A stretch of 63,699 nucleotides of DNA, the filler included, from Asterionella formosa (Eukaryota): assembly GCA_002256025.1 (NCBI GenBank). It is 14 parts of 14 records of this genome, joined end to end, with 100 filler letters (N's around TTAATTAATTAA, not from the genome) between each part and the next. Parts side by side here need not be neighbours in the genome. Positions count along the whole stretch, not along the records: positions 22,942 to 45,764 come from NKIB01002618.1; positions 45,865 to 47,260 come from NKIB01002635.1; 12 more parts are not named here. One strand, written 5' to 3'. Positions 34,714-46,922 of the stretch are shown here, one piece after another (the first letter of the stretch is position 1; the number at the start of each line of letters is the position of its first letter). The notes beneath the pieces were generated by a model, which saw nothing but the letters and a program-made list of their open reading frames with translations, searched no databases and had not been told where the DNA came from. The position numbers and the translations under genes were made by a program.

Positions 34714-35409
34714 ATGCAGACAGTGCATTGATTGTGTATGTCGTCGGTAGTAGGATGCTTTTTCGAATTATTCCACCTTCCGATACTATCAAGGAACAGC
34801 TTCTTCTGATTTTTTCTTCAACCTTTTTTCTCCTTCTATATTCTCGGTCTGTCGGTCAAATGTTTCGAATGGCATGCAAAGAAAGCTCTTGTTTCGTTTT
34901 CTGTTGGTTGATCCCCAGTTATGCCACAGAATCAATATCTGCAACTCTACTTTCCTTGATCAAGGCCAATTCAGTAAAATCAATGGATGTCGCATTCGAT
35001 TAAACACAATATTGACTCATATGGATCAAATCATGAATCACCTATGCATATATCGTTTATATGTATTGAAATGGCTACTTTTTAAAATGTTTGAAATAAT
35101 GGGGCATACAACCTGCAACTATTAACAGTACTATGATTTAAATTTTCCGCCTTAAACTTCCAGCCAGTACCGCATAGATTCTCAATTGCCAGACAAAGAA
35201 ACCCCAGAAATTGGGACTGCTTCCTTCTGGCGAAACTTGTGATTATAACATCTTTTCATAAGATGTACCAAGACGTGTGCGCCGACGACGTTCGGATGTA
35301 AGTACGAGAAGGATATCGAATTGGACTGCAATCCGCATCGTCACAAACAGTATTAAAATCATTGGAATACTTACATGAAAGAAACTGTCTGTTAAGAACG
35401 TGGTATGAA

Positions 35410-37245
35410 CTAGGATCGCTTTACATTGATTGGTAATAATTGGGATGAAAGTCTGTATATGCCAATGTCGTGTCCAGATATGCTTGCCTCGAATGAACCT
35501 GTAAACCTACCTAAAAAATTTCGTTTCCAAAGATCTCGAACCAAAAAAGTGCTGTGATTACCAGCTTGGGTATTTCCCTCAAGCTCCAACAAAGATGCAA
35601 AGTATGAAGTGATGGCGACCCGGTTTGTTCCTCGGTTGACCAGCCCAAGTACATAATCTCCTCCAGATAACTTCCCGCCCCAAACTTCGATAGCGCCGTT
35701 GTCGGAACCAAGATTTCCGTCCGAGAGTACATGCGCAAGACAATGATGCCGAAAGGTTGGAATCTTATTTGTCAAGGTATATCCTTCGCCCTCCTCGGGC
35801 TGATGGTTGATAGAAGAAGTATATAGTGCATGTCGTAGTAGACCATCATGACTGGAGTAATACCACATTTGGGTTGGATCATAATTCTGACAATTGCGAA
35901 TCGAACATTCTCCATGATCATATGGTGTTACAAGTTCAATTCCACCTTGCCCGTATGCACTATCAGATACGTTCACGCTATCATGTCCATGTGCCGAACC
36001 ATATAGAGTATTGTTGCTTATTGCCAAGTTTAGTCCATTTGCGGCACTCCGAATAGCAGTCACAGTGCTAAATCCCTTATCAAATAACCAGTGCTGATTT
36101 TTTGAAGACAAGCAGGGCATAAGTACCACTTGGTCATTTAACACACTGAGGCATCGCCCAGTGGCCTCGTTCATTAATTGATATAGATCGTCTTGACCCA
36201 CTTCCATAGCATTCCATGTTCGTGTCTCTCTCAAATCGCTTTGCTGTCCTAGTCGATAATGCTTTAAATGGAGTCCCACTGGCGTGCTACAATCCTCCAC
36301 GCCAACCTTCCATGGAAGATGCGATCCATCAATCGTTATCTTTCGAGCCTGATATCCAAGAGGGTCTTGGTTGATCGAGATGATCTCGGTATTTCTGATA
36401 ATGTCAAGGATTGCAGGCTCAAGCGCCATAAGGTTCGATGACAAGAGTAGGGGAGCTTTCATGATGGCCCATAGTCCAAAATAAAGTCTGTTTTCACCTA
36501 GTGTCATACCTAATTCGCCTGGATTTTGCAGATTGATCAAATCGGGGTCATTCCAGCCTCCAGGGCCAGCAAGAGGTGCCCACTTGTCCGATAAATCAGC
36601 TCGATTCATGACAGCGGAATATGTACCTTCAATATCGCATCCAATCCGCCACATATTGCTTACTTGTATCGACTGAGAAGGATCAGGATTGATCGAGAAA
36701 GGCTCGATACTTAATAATATTCTTCTGCCGGTGCGATTTAATGCATGCGCCATGGCACCAAAACGAACGCTGCTGTCAATGGCGTAGGAGGCACAGTTGT
36801 CGCTCTTCAAAAAATCGACTCCCCATGATGCGTACGTTTCAGCATCTTTGAGCTCGTGATAGAGCTGTCCAGGTCCTTCTCCACAAGTGACGCCTGAGGC
36901 TGCCCCATAAATTCCAAATTTGAGATTTCTGTCGTGGAGTGTTTCAATGAAGGTTGGGAGACCACTGGGATATGCTATCTTGTTCCACAATAGCTCGCCC
37001 GTATCTGGGTCCCTCTCTTTTTCTTCCCACCCTTCGTCTGTGTTGATGTAAACGTAGCCCAAGTCGCGGAGGCCAGATGATACAAAGAAATCTGCCACAG
37101 CGCCAAGGCCAGTTTCATTTTGACAGCGAGGACCTGCCATGTAAGAATTGAACCCCATGGGCGGAGTTTTTGCTAGTCCGTTGTCAAGTGCTGACAAATC
37201 ATCTGCAATCACGCAAATCAAGATAAGTACAGCCTTCCACATCAT
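35410..37245 (-). CDS. Secreted GH27 alpha-galactosidase with inserted ricin-B-like region
   Basis: Signal peptide then LDNGLAKTPPMGFNS, DEGW, WGVDFLKSDNC, WRIGCD, GPGGWNDPD, AIMKAPLL and INQDPLG. TGRCL and QHW/QMW ricin-like motifs precede a C-terminal beta-sandwich (VWGGKLSGG..VLGLVNR). Confidence 0.92.
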   Translation of the reverse strand: MMWKAVLILICVIADDLSALDNGLAKTPPMGFNSYMAGPRCQNETGLGAVADFFVSSGLRDLGYVYINTDEGWEEKERDPDTGELLWNKIAYPSGLPTFIETLHDRNLKFGIYGAASGVTCGEGPGQLYHELKDAETYASWGVDFLKSDNCASYAIDSSVRFGAMAHALNRTGRRILLSIEPFSINPDPSQSIQVSNMWRIGCDIEGTYSAVMNRADLSDKWAPLAGPGGWNDPDLINLQNPGELGMTLGENRLYFGLWAIMKAPLLLSSNLMALEPAILDIIRNTEIISINQDPLGYQARKITIDGSHLPWKVGVEDCSTPVGLHLKHYRLGQQSDLRETRTWNAMEVGQDDLYQLMNEATGRCLSVLNDQVVLMPCLSSKNQHWLFDKGFSTVTAIRSAANGLNLAISNNTLYGSAHGHDSVNVSDSAYGQGGIELVTPYDHGECSIRNCQNYDPTQMWYYSSHDGLLRHALYTSSINHQPEEGEGYTLTNKIPTFRHHCLAHVLSDGNLGSDNGAIEVWGGKLSGGDYVLGLVNRGTNRVAITSYFASLLELEGNTQAGNHSTFLVRDLWKRNFLGRFTGSFEASISGHDIGIYRLSSQLLPINVKRS

Positions 37246-37881
37246 GGCAAGGAATGGTGAAGCGAAAGGGGGTGATTGTGACAAATCTAGGTTTTTCATA
37301 GATGTTACATAGTGTGGGACGGTATTTTTGCGTGTATCATCATTGTTCTTTGTGATTGGCAATAGATAAATACACGTACAGCTACCGGTACATGAATAAC
37401 ATAAATTCATTAATAAATTTCCTTTCCGAAAAGCAAATGTGTCAATATTTTATGTATTTATCTATATTAATGTTTAATTAAAAATACACAAATAATCATG
37501 TATGAGTATGTATACCGGTAGGTTAGAAAAGTGAGAAACCCATAAATTAAGTACATACATACATACCGGTAGTTGATATACAGCTTTTCTTCAATTTGGA
37601 CCTGCCCATATGTAAGTTTTTATTAATGTTTCAGCTTCCTGCATTGTAGTCTAGATATACTTCGAGTAGACTACAAGGGTACATGTAATAAACGAACTTA
37701 TACCAGGACATGGTCTGAATCAAATGTGTGAATTTATGCTTAATCGTAACTTGTTTGGCACTAAAGATGTCTGCTGCTTCTCATTCCTATGTATTTGGAC
37801 CCTTTATTGTCACAGAGTGTACTCAATAACCAACCAAAGTAGGGTATATGTTCCTCCATACAGCTTCATTCTAGCACAACC

Positions 37882-38475
37882 TTAAAGAGCAGCTAGAACC
37901 GATGGAGCCCAAGTATTCGAAGTCTCTTTCGCCGCAGAAAAGAAGTGTGTCACGACACCATCATCGGCAATCAGCGAGTATCGTTGACTGCGCTGCATCA
38001 CAGGCTTGTCCATCAGGAGGCCCAATTTTTGGGTCAACTCACCACTGGAATCACTCAAAAACATGATACCAGCTGCTGCTCCACCCGATGACTCACCCCA
38101 AGCTTGCATGACGTACGCATCATTGGTCGCGACGCAAATAGTAAGTTCCACGCCCTTGGCTTTGAGGTCGTCCTGTGCAGTGATGAACGAAGGAAGATGG
38201 CTCTTACTGCATCCAGGAGTGAAGGCGCCAGGAACGGCGAAAATAGCTACTTTCTTGCCCTTGATGAGATCCAAGAGCTTGACTGCCACGGGACTTCCAT
38301 AATCAATCTGGCCCTCCATCAAGGTGACATCGGGGAGGGTGTCACCTACCTTGACTTCGGTAATGGTAGACATGGACAGTGCAGTGGTGGAGAGAAAGGC
38401 AGCTTTAGGAGCTGGGCAAAAACTGTGCGCAGTGATGAGAATGGAGCAGAAGGTGATGAATGATTGAAGAAACAT
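37882..38475 (-). CDS. Type II peroxiredoxin (Prx5 family), plastid-targeted
   Basis: Motifs VPGAFTPGCSKSHLP, NDAYVMQAW, RSQRY; bipartite presequence MFLQSF...TAHS-FCPAP. Confidence 0.93.
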   Translation of the reverse strand: MFLQSFITFCSILITAHSFCPAPKAAFLSTTALSMSTITEVKVGDTLPDVTLMEGQIDYGSPVAVKLLDLIKGKKVAIFAVPGAFTPGCSKSHLPSFITAQDDLKAKGVELTICVATNDAYVMQAWGESSGGAAAGIMFLSDSSGELTQKLGLLMDKPVMQRSQRYSLIADDGVVTHFFSAAKETSNTWAPSVLAAL

Positions 38476-38904
38476 ATTCTGAACGATAGAAACAATAGAG
38501 TGTAAGTAGCAAATTTTTGTTTTCACGGTATGATTCTAAGATTCGATGCCAAGCAAGCTTACCGGTACCTGGTACTTCGAATAAATGCTTTCACAAGGAA
38601 GCAAGGCTAGCTAAGATAGGAGTTTCACCAATGATGGGTGGACGATTGATGGCTCGTGCTGGTCTACGTGATTAGGAGATATGGATACAACACAGTTTTC
38701 AATCGTCGATTTTTTTCTGTGTCATCCTCCACGTGAAAATCTTATGTACCGGTACCAGTTAGTAAGGATCTGTTGATCCGCCCATCGGTTGATACAATCA
38801 TGACGTAAGTGATGATGGGCATTGTATTGTTTTGCGCAGGCAGCGCGTTAGTAAATACACATCCAGGCCACGTACCGGTAGTTATGAATAGGAGTCAAAC
38901 GAGT

Positions 38905-41205
38905 CAAACGATTCGAATGAGTCAACTTTGATGTACCAAGCTCTCATCAACCACACATTTTACATTGTCACTCCGCCTATAATGAGTGGGACGATATAAG
39001 CTATTTCGGAAGACCGATAGTTTGAAAATGAATGATTATGGTTAAAAACCTATGATCAGTAAGTGTGAGATAGACATGGGTCTATCTATGATTGTATGTT
39101 TCTAGAAATGCAAACAGCAGCATTTGGAGAATAGTTCATTTGTTTGTCCAAACAGAACAACCTAAACTAGATTAGTAAACTCACAATAAGAATATAGAAA
39201 CGGAAAGAGAAACAAACGTCTCTATCTATAGTCTTCTTTGTCAAACAATTTAGATCTATCAAAAAGGTAATACTTTAACACATACATACCGGTAACGGTA
39301 TCCGAAATATCATTTACATATATATCATAGGATACTAGTAGTATGGAGTACAGCATATGTTTTGCTTTATGATTGGCTTTAACTGTTTGCTTTGACCGTT
39401 GTTGGCAAAGTGATTGCATTCTTAGTTACCTACTGGTACTTTTCACTCATGTTTGAATGCTCTGAACAGGTTCGGGACAGAGCTTAACCAAGATTAAGCA
39501 CATTGACAGATGCTTCAGGAGTGCATTTGAATGAGTAAACTCAGAAACTGTTGTGGCTGGATTGCAAGAAAACCAAACAGTCACCATCAAAGAAGCTGTG
39601 TGGATAAAGTGTTCTTAGGACTATTTGACTTAGAAGTTTTTTAGAGATTCTGCAGAATATGTGCTGGTAGGATGACCATTTTTGACCTTGAATATATCAA
39701 CAGTAAGGATAGTGATGATGATAGCAGTGATACAAGCAACAGAGATATAAGCAACAAGGATGAGAAAGTGTTGGTGTTAATGGAAATTGCCATGACTGTG
39801 AGCATGGAGAAAATAACGAAAATGAGGAAGTTGACTATCACAGTCATTATGTATCAAGTTATGTTTCTAATGTTGCTCAGTCATCCATTGAGTCAAACAT
39901 CCAAAAGTAAATCAAGTCAAGAATCCAATCTCAATACTCCCAAGATATAATAGCAAACCACTTTCACTTTCAGAGTTTGAAAACCATCTCTGGAAAAAAG
40001 TGTAAAAAGGAAACAATGAATCATTCATTTCAATTCTGACATGGTGAAATCGATGAAAAAACAGAAGAAGGATATTAAAACACAGAAATGAATGACACTA
40101 TTGGGAAATCGAGAAGTTATATGGATGAAACCAAAAGCAAGAAGAACTATAAACAATTTCAGCCAACTTCTTTGAAAAATATATGCACCCAGCTAAAGCA
40201 ATGGACCTCAAATGCTGTTGTTACAGAGCTGTCTTCACAGATGGCTGAGAGAATGAATTAAAACAGAAGGGAAAGTAATCAAAGATCCACTGTTGAGTAA
40301 AATATCAAATGTTCTTCATTTTCATATTAAATGCCTTTCAACAATATCTTGCATGAGCGGTCCCCTTTTGCTGTTTCAGTTGGAATCGATAAGCTTTATC
40401 TTCTTCAGATGGTGCTTGATCAGCATCTTCAGAAAAATCATTCATATCAATCCAGTCCTCTGGGATCAGATCATTGCATTATTCAAGCAGATTTTGATTT
40501 ATTGTGGCAACTTTGATGTACTGATGAATGCATCTTAGAAATTCCTTTTGGTTGGTGATTTGTTGATTAATATAAGGAAGTTACTAGGGAAGGAAATCAA
40601 CCTTTCAACATGCCAATTGTGTGCTCCGATTTCACACGAGAACCTTTTCAGCATCACTGAGAAACATACGGGTATACAGTTAACAGCTAGGAGTACCCAG
40701 TACCACGTAGTATTTTACTCTACTACTATAGAGTATTACTACACATGGTGTTGTAGAGTGGTCATTACTACTTTGCAACTTATTATTTGTAGTATCATGT
40801 AGTACTAGCTAGCTAATTTATGCGATTGTACATACATGTTAAGGTTTTACTTTCTCTAGATAAATCTGTCTTTTGACAAAGAAGACCGTAGTCAGAGACA
40901 TTCATTTCTCTTTCGTTGTTATATTCTTATTGTGAGTAACTAAGCTAGATGGTAGGTTTTTTGCTTCGAAAACTAATCAAATAAACAAATCCCTCTCCAA
41001 ATGTGGTTTGCATTTGTTAGATCATACATTCATAGATAGACCCATGTCTATTTCACATTCATTGCTCTAAGGTTCATAGCCATTGATCATTAGATTCAAA
41101 ATACCAGTCTTCCGAATAGTTTATATTGTCCGACTCATAATGCCTGAATAAAATCATGTAGTTGATGGAGCCTCCTGGTTCACCCAAAGTCAACAAATTC
41201 GACTG
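38905..41205. mobile_element. Diverged ~380-bp inverted repeat pair (38905-39289 / 40828-41205) around 1.5 kb of decayed coding-like DNA
   Basis: 'gacatgggtctatctatga' vs 'tcatagatagacccatgtc', 'ctcacaataagaatata' vs 'tatattcttattgtgag', and 'gtcttctttgtcaaa' vs 'tttgacaaagaagac'. Confidence 0.65.
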
Positions 41206-41795
41206 GGAGTCATATCTACTACTACTTCTGCTGGGACGAGCTCACTTTGACACATACATATATGTATTTATTATAGAATGATGATCTTGAAATAAATGAA
41301 ATGGACATACATATACAAATGTATTTTTTCAAATAGATACTCATGTTTGAATACCGGCTCTCGAGTAAGTCAGCATATATATATGTATACGAGCATATGA
41401 ATATACCGGTACCTGGTAGAATCTCTTTATCTGGTACCGGTACCAGGTATCAGGCTATATGTAAATTGTTTCTAGCCCTCCGGTCCCTGGTACCGGTAGG
41501 CTTGTTTTGCTTGATACAGGCATGAGTTGTGGTGCCAGGTACCAGGTAGACTACCTGGTACCTGGTAACACAATAAAAATCTATGACATGATTGTTGTGA
41601 CATCAACGTACAATGGAATGACACAATCTATAGCTACTTCAAATTTCCATTGTTGCAATCGGACAGGCAACGTTCTTGCCTTGCTTGTGGCAAAAAAATT
41701 GCTCTGGTACCTGTACATCCCTTACCATCATCAGATATTGAATGAAAACGGCGGTGGAGAATCATCAGAAACAGAATCTGGAATTATAAATAAGA

Positions 41796-43404
41796 ATGTC
41801 GCGACAACCGAGAGTGGTTATTGTCCTTGTCATCTTGACGACGCTTCTAGTATTGGCTCATAGCGAACCCCTTCGACGCACGGTACTACTGGATCTTCGA
41901 GGTGGCAAGGTAGCTGCAAAGAAAGCAGCTGCAGAGATATCTCATCTTCACGATGATCAACTTATGAGCCCCACCGTTGCTATCGCCAATGTGCTAGCCG
42001 ATCTCTGTCCCCATGGCATGCTGCCAATTGGTACGTACCGTTAGAACTGGTTTAAGCCCTTGAGAGCCGATTTCGTAACTTGAAAGTTTCTGAACCGATC
42101 ATTTCTACACTACTAATTTGGCAGCCTATGGCATGGCCGCCGCGGGTGGCACTGGACCAGTTATATCCACTCTCTGCCTTACTGTGTTTGGGTTCCTCAG
42201 TTGGTATTCACTCGTCAGCTTTGCCCGAGCTGCCGAAGTCGTCTTGGTTCAGGCCGGTGAAACAGCCGAAGCTGGGGAGTCGCTGTCGGCAGTTTGGTCA
42301 AGGACCCTGCCGAATGGCAAACTCACATCGTATATTCCTGATTTGGGGTGCTTTCTATTGACCGTTGGATGCTTATTGTTCTACTCAGCCTTTATTGGAG
42401 ACTTATTTGGGGCATTAATATCAGGTTTGAAAGGACTTCCAGAAATATTTCGTAAGCGTTGGACCATCTTGCTCGTCTTGCATGCAGTTCCGATTTTGCC
42501 ACTATGCCTCAAAAAAGATCTGTCGGCACTCAAATATTCCAGCATGACCGGTTTACTAGGCATTCTCTATACCATGTTTTTTGTTGGTAAGCGACTCACA
42601 GACCATAGCTATGCGCAAGGTGGTAAATTCTTTTCCATCATGCCCTTCAAGTATCAACCTGCCGCACAATTGGCCTTTCCATCAAAACCTAGCGCATTGG
42701 GTTATATTGCCGACCTGCCACCCTTGTATGCGGGCAAGGGTCTCTTGATCCTAATGAACATGTGCTGTGTCGCTTTTGCATGTCATTACAATGCAGTCAA
42801 GTATTACATGGAACTCAAAAATCGCAATGTGCCAGCCTTGAAAAAGGTCATGGCCTTGGGGATTGGTGGGACGGGGCTTGTTTTCTTTGTCATGATGATT
42901 TTGGGATATGGAACCTTCGGATCGCATTCTCAGGCGCTCCTGTTGAACAATTATCATCCAACCAACGATCTCATGGCTACTGTCGCTCGCGGTTTTACCG
43001 GCTTGGCCATTATCTCGGGATACCCTCTCATGTTCGCTGGACTCAAGGCGGCCTTGTTTTCACTCACCAAATTAGATGGGCCAGGTGTGGTCAATCGCGA
43101 CAAGAAGCAAAATACCTTGTCAGCAATTGTAGTTGCATGCATTTCTACTGCTGCATGCTTTGTTACAGAACACGAACTATCCACTGTGATTGGAATTGTT
43201 GGTAGCATTTTCGGATCTGTCGTCATTTACATATTTCCTGCCTTTGTAAACAATTCGCTATTGAAGATGAAGGACAAACAGGGAAACCCAGTCAGTGCGC
43301 CTTTCTTCAAGGGAGAATTAATCTTCAACAACTTGTTGGTACTATTCGGTGTTGTCTTTGCTGTTCTTGGAACATGGATTAGTCTACAAGGGGGTGAACA
43401 TTAA
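41796..43404 (+). CDS. Amino-acid transporter (AAAP/SLC38-like); join(41796..42030,42125..43404)
   Basis: Multi-TM protein with LPLCLKKDLSALKYSS, AFACHYNA and GYGTFG motifs; 94-nt GT-AG intron in frame; N-terminal signal peptide followed by LRGG. Confidence 0.9.
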
Positions 43405-43591
43405 GACAGTATTTAATACAGGGGTGTTGCTAGCTAATCCAGGAGCAGAAACTATTCCACGCAACCTCGAAACCTTACTTCGAGGTTCCTCGCTGATGTA
43501 AGCATATTTTCTGCTCCATTCCTTTCGTAATTAGAGAAACTTGAAAAAATTCTAGTTTACTCTGATGTATACTGGGTATACCTGCATGGTA

Positions 43592-45460
43592 CCCAGTTAT
43601 AAATGGCTTTGAGCCACATTATTATATTGTTTTCCAACAAATTCTAGATTTATGCTAAAATCGATCCCCTCTTTCACCCCTTGGCATGATATTAGTTAGT
43701 TCATTAAGCTACATGAGAATTAGATCATTTTAAAACTCTAACATACATTAAATGAGATCTCTTCAATTCAAAGTGACAAAATTGGTCGACGTGGCTCAAA
43801 GCCATTGATTAAAATTTCGTCATTCATGTAGTTATTTTTATAGATGACGGTTAGAAAATATTATATCGTTTGCATGTTTTTTGCAGTAGTTGCATCATTC
43901 TTAGACTGGTGGTGTTCCCATTATATCTTGTCAGTTCTGTCGAAGACTCCTCACATTTCTTTTGCAGTAGTCGTTGCATTGTTATTAGACTGGTACTAGT
44001 CTTCCCATCAGACCATGTCTTGTTGTGTAATAAGAGCAACCGAAGGTTGAGGAAGTAGTGCCATTGCAGTGGCAACTGGTACTGCAGAATCGCCGTGCAT
44101 CATGGTGTCATGGTATATGGTAAGTAGAAGTTGCTTTGTTATTGGTAATGGAAGATCGCATGCTCACTTGCACCTCGTTGCCATTGTTTTCGTTTGCTCC
44201 ACTGTCCTCTCTGCTGGCTGTTTGTTTTGCATTCTGATTGCATAACATTGTTTGCAAGCGCTGTGTGTGCGTCTATTCTCTTATTCTCTCGCTCTTTCTG
44301 CACTTGTTCCACGTGCCTCTTGCTTTTCAGCTGGTCATGGACCACTTCAAGAACCAACATGTACCTGCCTGCAGCGATATGAAGAGCGGCTGTGTCTCGT
44401 TTATTGTTTGAAATCGCCCTTAGTGCTGTTTTTCGTTGGTGGGCAACTTGGTCCAGATTTGTTCCATTTCTAGCATCCTCATAATTGCGATACTGTATTA
44501 CTAATCAATGAGGGTTTCAGTGATGCCTTGGCTCAAGTATAGTCCACCAGATGGGGTAATGGAAAAGGCAGGTTGATTATTGTTTGACATGGCTTTAGTG
44601 CTGCCCTTTGGACGCCCATAACAGGTTGCATAAGGTTGTCAGTTTCACAAACAATTCACACGTTTTCACAGGTAAGTCCATTTCATTATTTACTTCTTGT
44701 TCTTTTACTTCATTATTTCTCACCCTTGCATCACTTGCACCATCACAACTCATGAATGTATCAACTGGGATTTGGATATAAATACTTGAATTTGCAGTGA
44801 GAGTAGATATTGATGAGGCATGTTCTTGCCAATGACTTTGAATCATTTAGTGTCATAGTAGAAGGTAACTGTACTAGTGAATTAGTTGCCTTTTTCCCGC
44901 CTGATTTAGATTCTGCAAATGGTAATGGACCATCAGTCTTGTTTGCCAAGTCAGTGTAGCCGCCGATTGATGCAACAATATTCTATATTGCACCATGTAG
45001 TTGTTTGCCATTGCTATTTGCTTTTCAAGTTTCTCATTCGATAACGATGTAATTTAAAATTAGCGACACTACTGTCTTATCCAAAAAATTAGGTATCACC
45101 TTGTACTTTTTTGGATGGTTGAGGCTGTTTTCTTGCTGTAGGTTTCATCGTTGTTGATGAGATGACCGCGACTTGCTTGCTACATTTTGTTGTGTGTCAG
45201 AAGCAATTTCTGATGTGAATTACGGTCTCTGACATATAAATATGGAGCGATTTTTTGGCCTTCAAGAAATTTTGCATTTTTTAATATGAGTGACTAATTG
45301 ATTTATTAATTGCTATAGTACATTGTTCATGGCAGTGGTTATATGCAACATATTAAGCTTTGTTCACAAATGTATATGTATATTTCCAGTAGATGCCGGC
45401 TCAATGGCTGGTGTAATTTTTTTACATCATGTATTTACTTAAAAGCCATCTAATCATCAG
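43592..45460 (-). mobile_element. Internally deleted pogo/Tc1-mariner-like relic
   Basis: Fragments YGRPKGSTK (~44595-44620) and DLPLPITKQLLLTIYHDT (~44105-44160) resemble the N- and C-terminal parts of diatom pogo-like ORFs. A perfect 16-bp inverted pair lies at 43602-43617 / 43791-43806 next to TA|CCCAG. No DDE core was seen. Confidence 0.4.
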
Positions 45461-45989
45461 CCATGATATCATTGATTGGAAGAGTTTTATGTATATAAAT
45501 TATATTCATGTCACTTATACTGTTATACTATAATTACTTAAATTTGATTAGCCAAGAAGTCAAAGATTGACATACCAACAACATGTAGAATCTACGCAAT
45601 GTCAGACTCAGAGTAAACCACCTAAACCTTGCCTGCTTTTGCTCTATTCGGGCTTGCAATAGGCAACGTTCGTCTTTCTTTGATCTCATTGTCTGCTGCT
45701 TGTTATGCCAGTTGAAGTGGATCGGTGAGTACAACAGTGAAATACTGAATGTGGATTGTAGATTNNNNNNNNNNNNNNNNNNNNNNNNNNNNNNNNNNNN
45801 NNNNNNNNTTAATTAATTAANNNNNNNNNNNNNNNNNNNNNNNNNNNNNNNNNNNNNNNNNNNNTTCATGAACCTTTTCTCAAAACGACCGCCCTAGGTA
45901 TACAATGTACAAAATACGTACTGTGGAACCTGACTCTAAAACCTTTCTTCACCATCATCTCTCTTACCACCTCATACATACGAACGACA

Positions 45990-46570
45990 CACTACCTGGT
46001 AGACTACTGGTACCAGGTACCAGGTACCTGGTACTGGTATCATACATACCGGGACATGGCCCTTCGACACTCGACGCGAACAAGAAGCATATTTACCGGT
46101 ATTTGTCTACAGTGCATGCATACCAAGCAAGTTGCGGTCATTTTGCTTACCAGGTACCGGTAAACAAACAATTTCATCTGGGATAAAACTACATAGCTAC
46201 CGGTATGATAAATCTTTAGTTTCAGCAAAATTACCGCAACTTGCACAGGTACCAGGTACCTAGTACCGGTACCATCCAGTAGACTTAAGGGTACACTACG
46301 TACCTAGTACCTCGAACCTGGTACCTGGTACCAGTACTCCTACCCTCACTCTACCGGTATGTACATACAATTTACCAGGTACATGGTAGACTACTGGTAC
46401 CAGGTACCAGGTACCAGGTACCGTTATTAACTAAGATAGTCTACCGGTACCAGGTACCAGATACCAGGTACTACCGGTAACGGTGCTCAAATGTGCCTAC
46501 CGGTACGTACCGGTATGTACATGCATAATACATACCGGTACCTGGTCCTGGTACCAGGTACCAGGTACCT
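45990..46570. repeat. Dense TA-CCWGG-TA / TA-CCGG-TA array
   Basis: Dozens of TACCAGGTA, TACCTGGTA and TACCGGTA units. Similar clusters occur at ~21200, 22215, 23100, 28470, 41400, 50770-51260, 55100 and 56940-57390. Confidence 0.9.
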
Positions 46571-46844
46571 GATACTTACTACAGGTATACTGATACATTT
46601 TTGACGAAATTCTACCAAAGTAGTATTTTTCTGTAGGGCTCCGGTAGTGTTCTACTCTGGACAGGTCAATACTGTCCGGTTTTCCTCCCTTGCTTGACCG
46701 TGGTGAAAATATGGTATAGAGAAAGGCAAAAATTCTACCCAGTAGTACTGGGGGTAGAATTTTTCTTCACATTTTGGTACATAGAATATTCTACCAACGG
46801 ACCAATGGAACCCTGCAGTATGCCATGCTATTGTCCAAGAAAAT

Positions 46845-46870
46845 GTCTGTGTCTGTGTGTCTTGCTGTCT

Positions 46871-46904
<34 letters not shown>

Positions 46905-46922
46905 TGTGTGTGTTGTGTCTGT
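46845..46922. repeat. (TG)n microsatellite
   Basis: Interrupted TG run. Confidence 0.9.
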
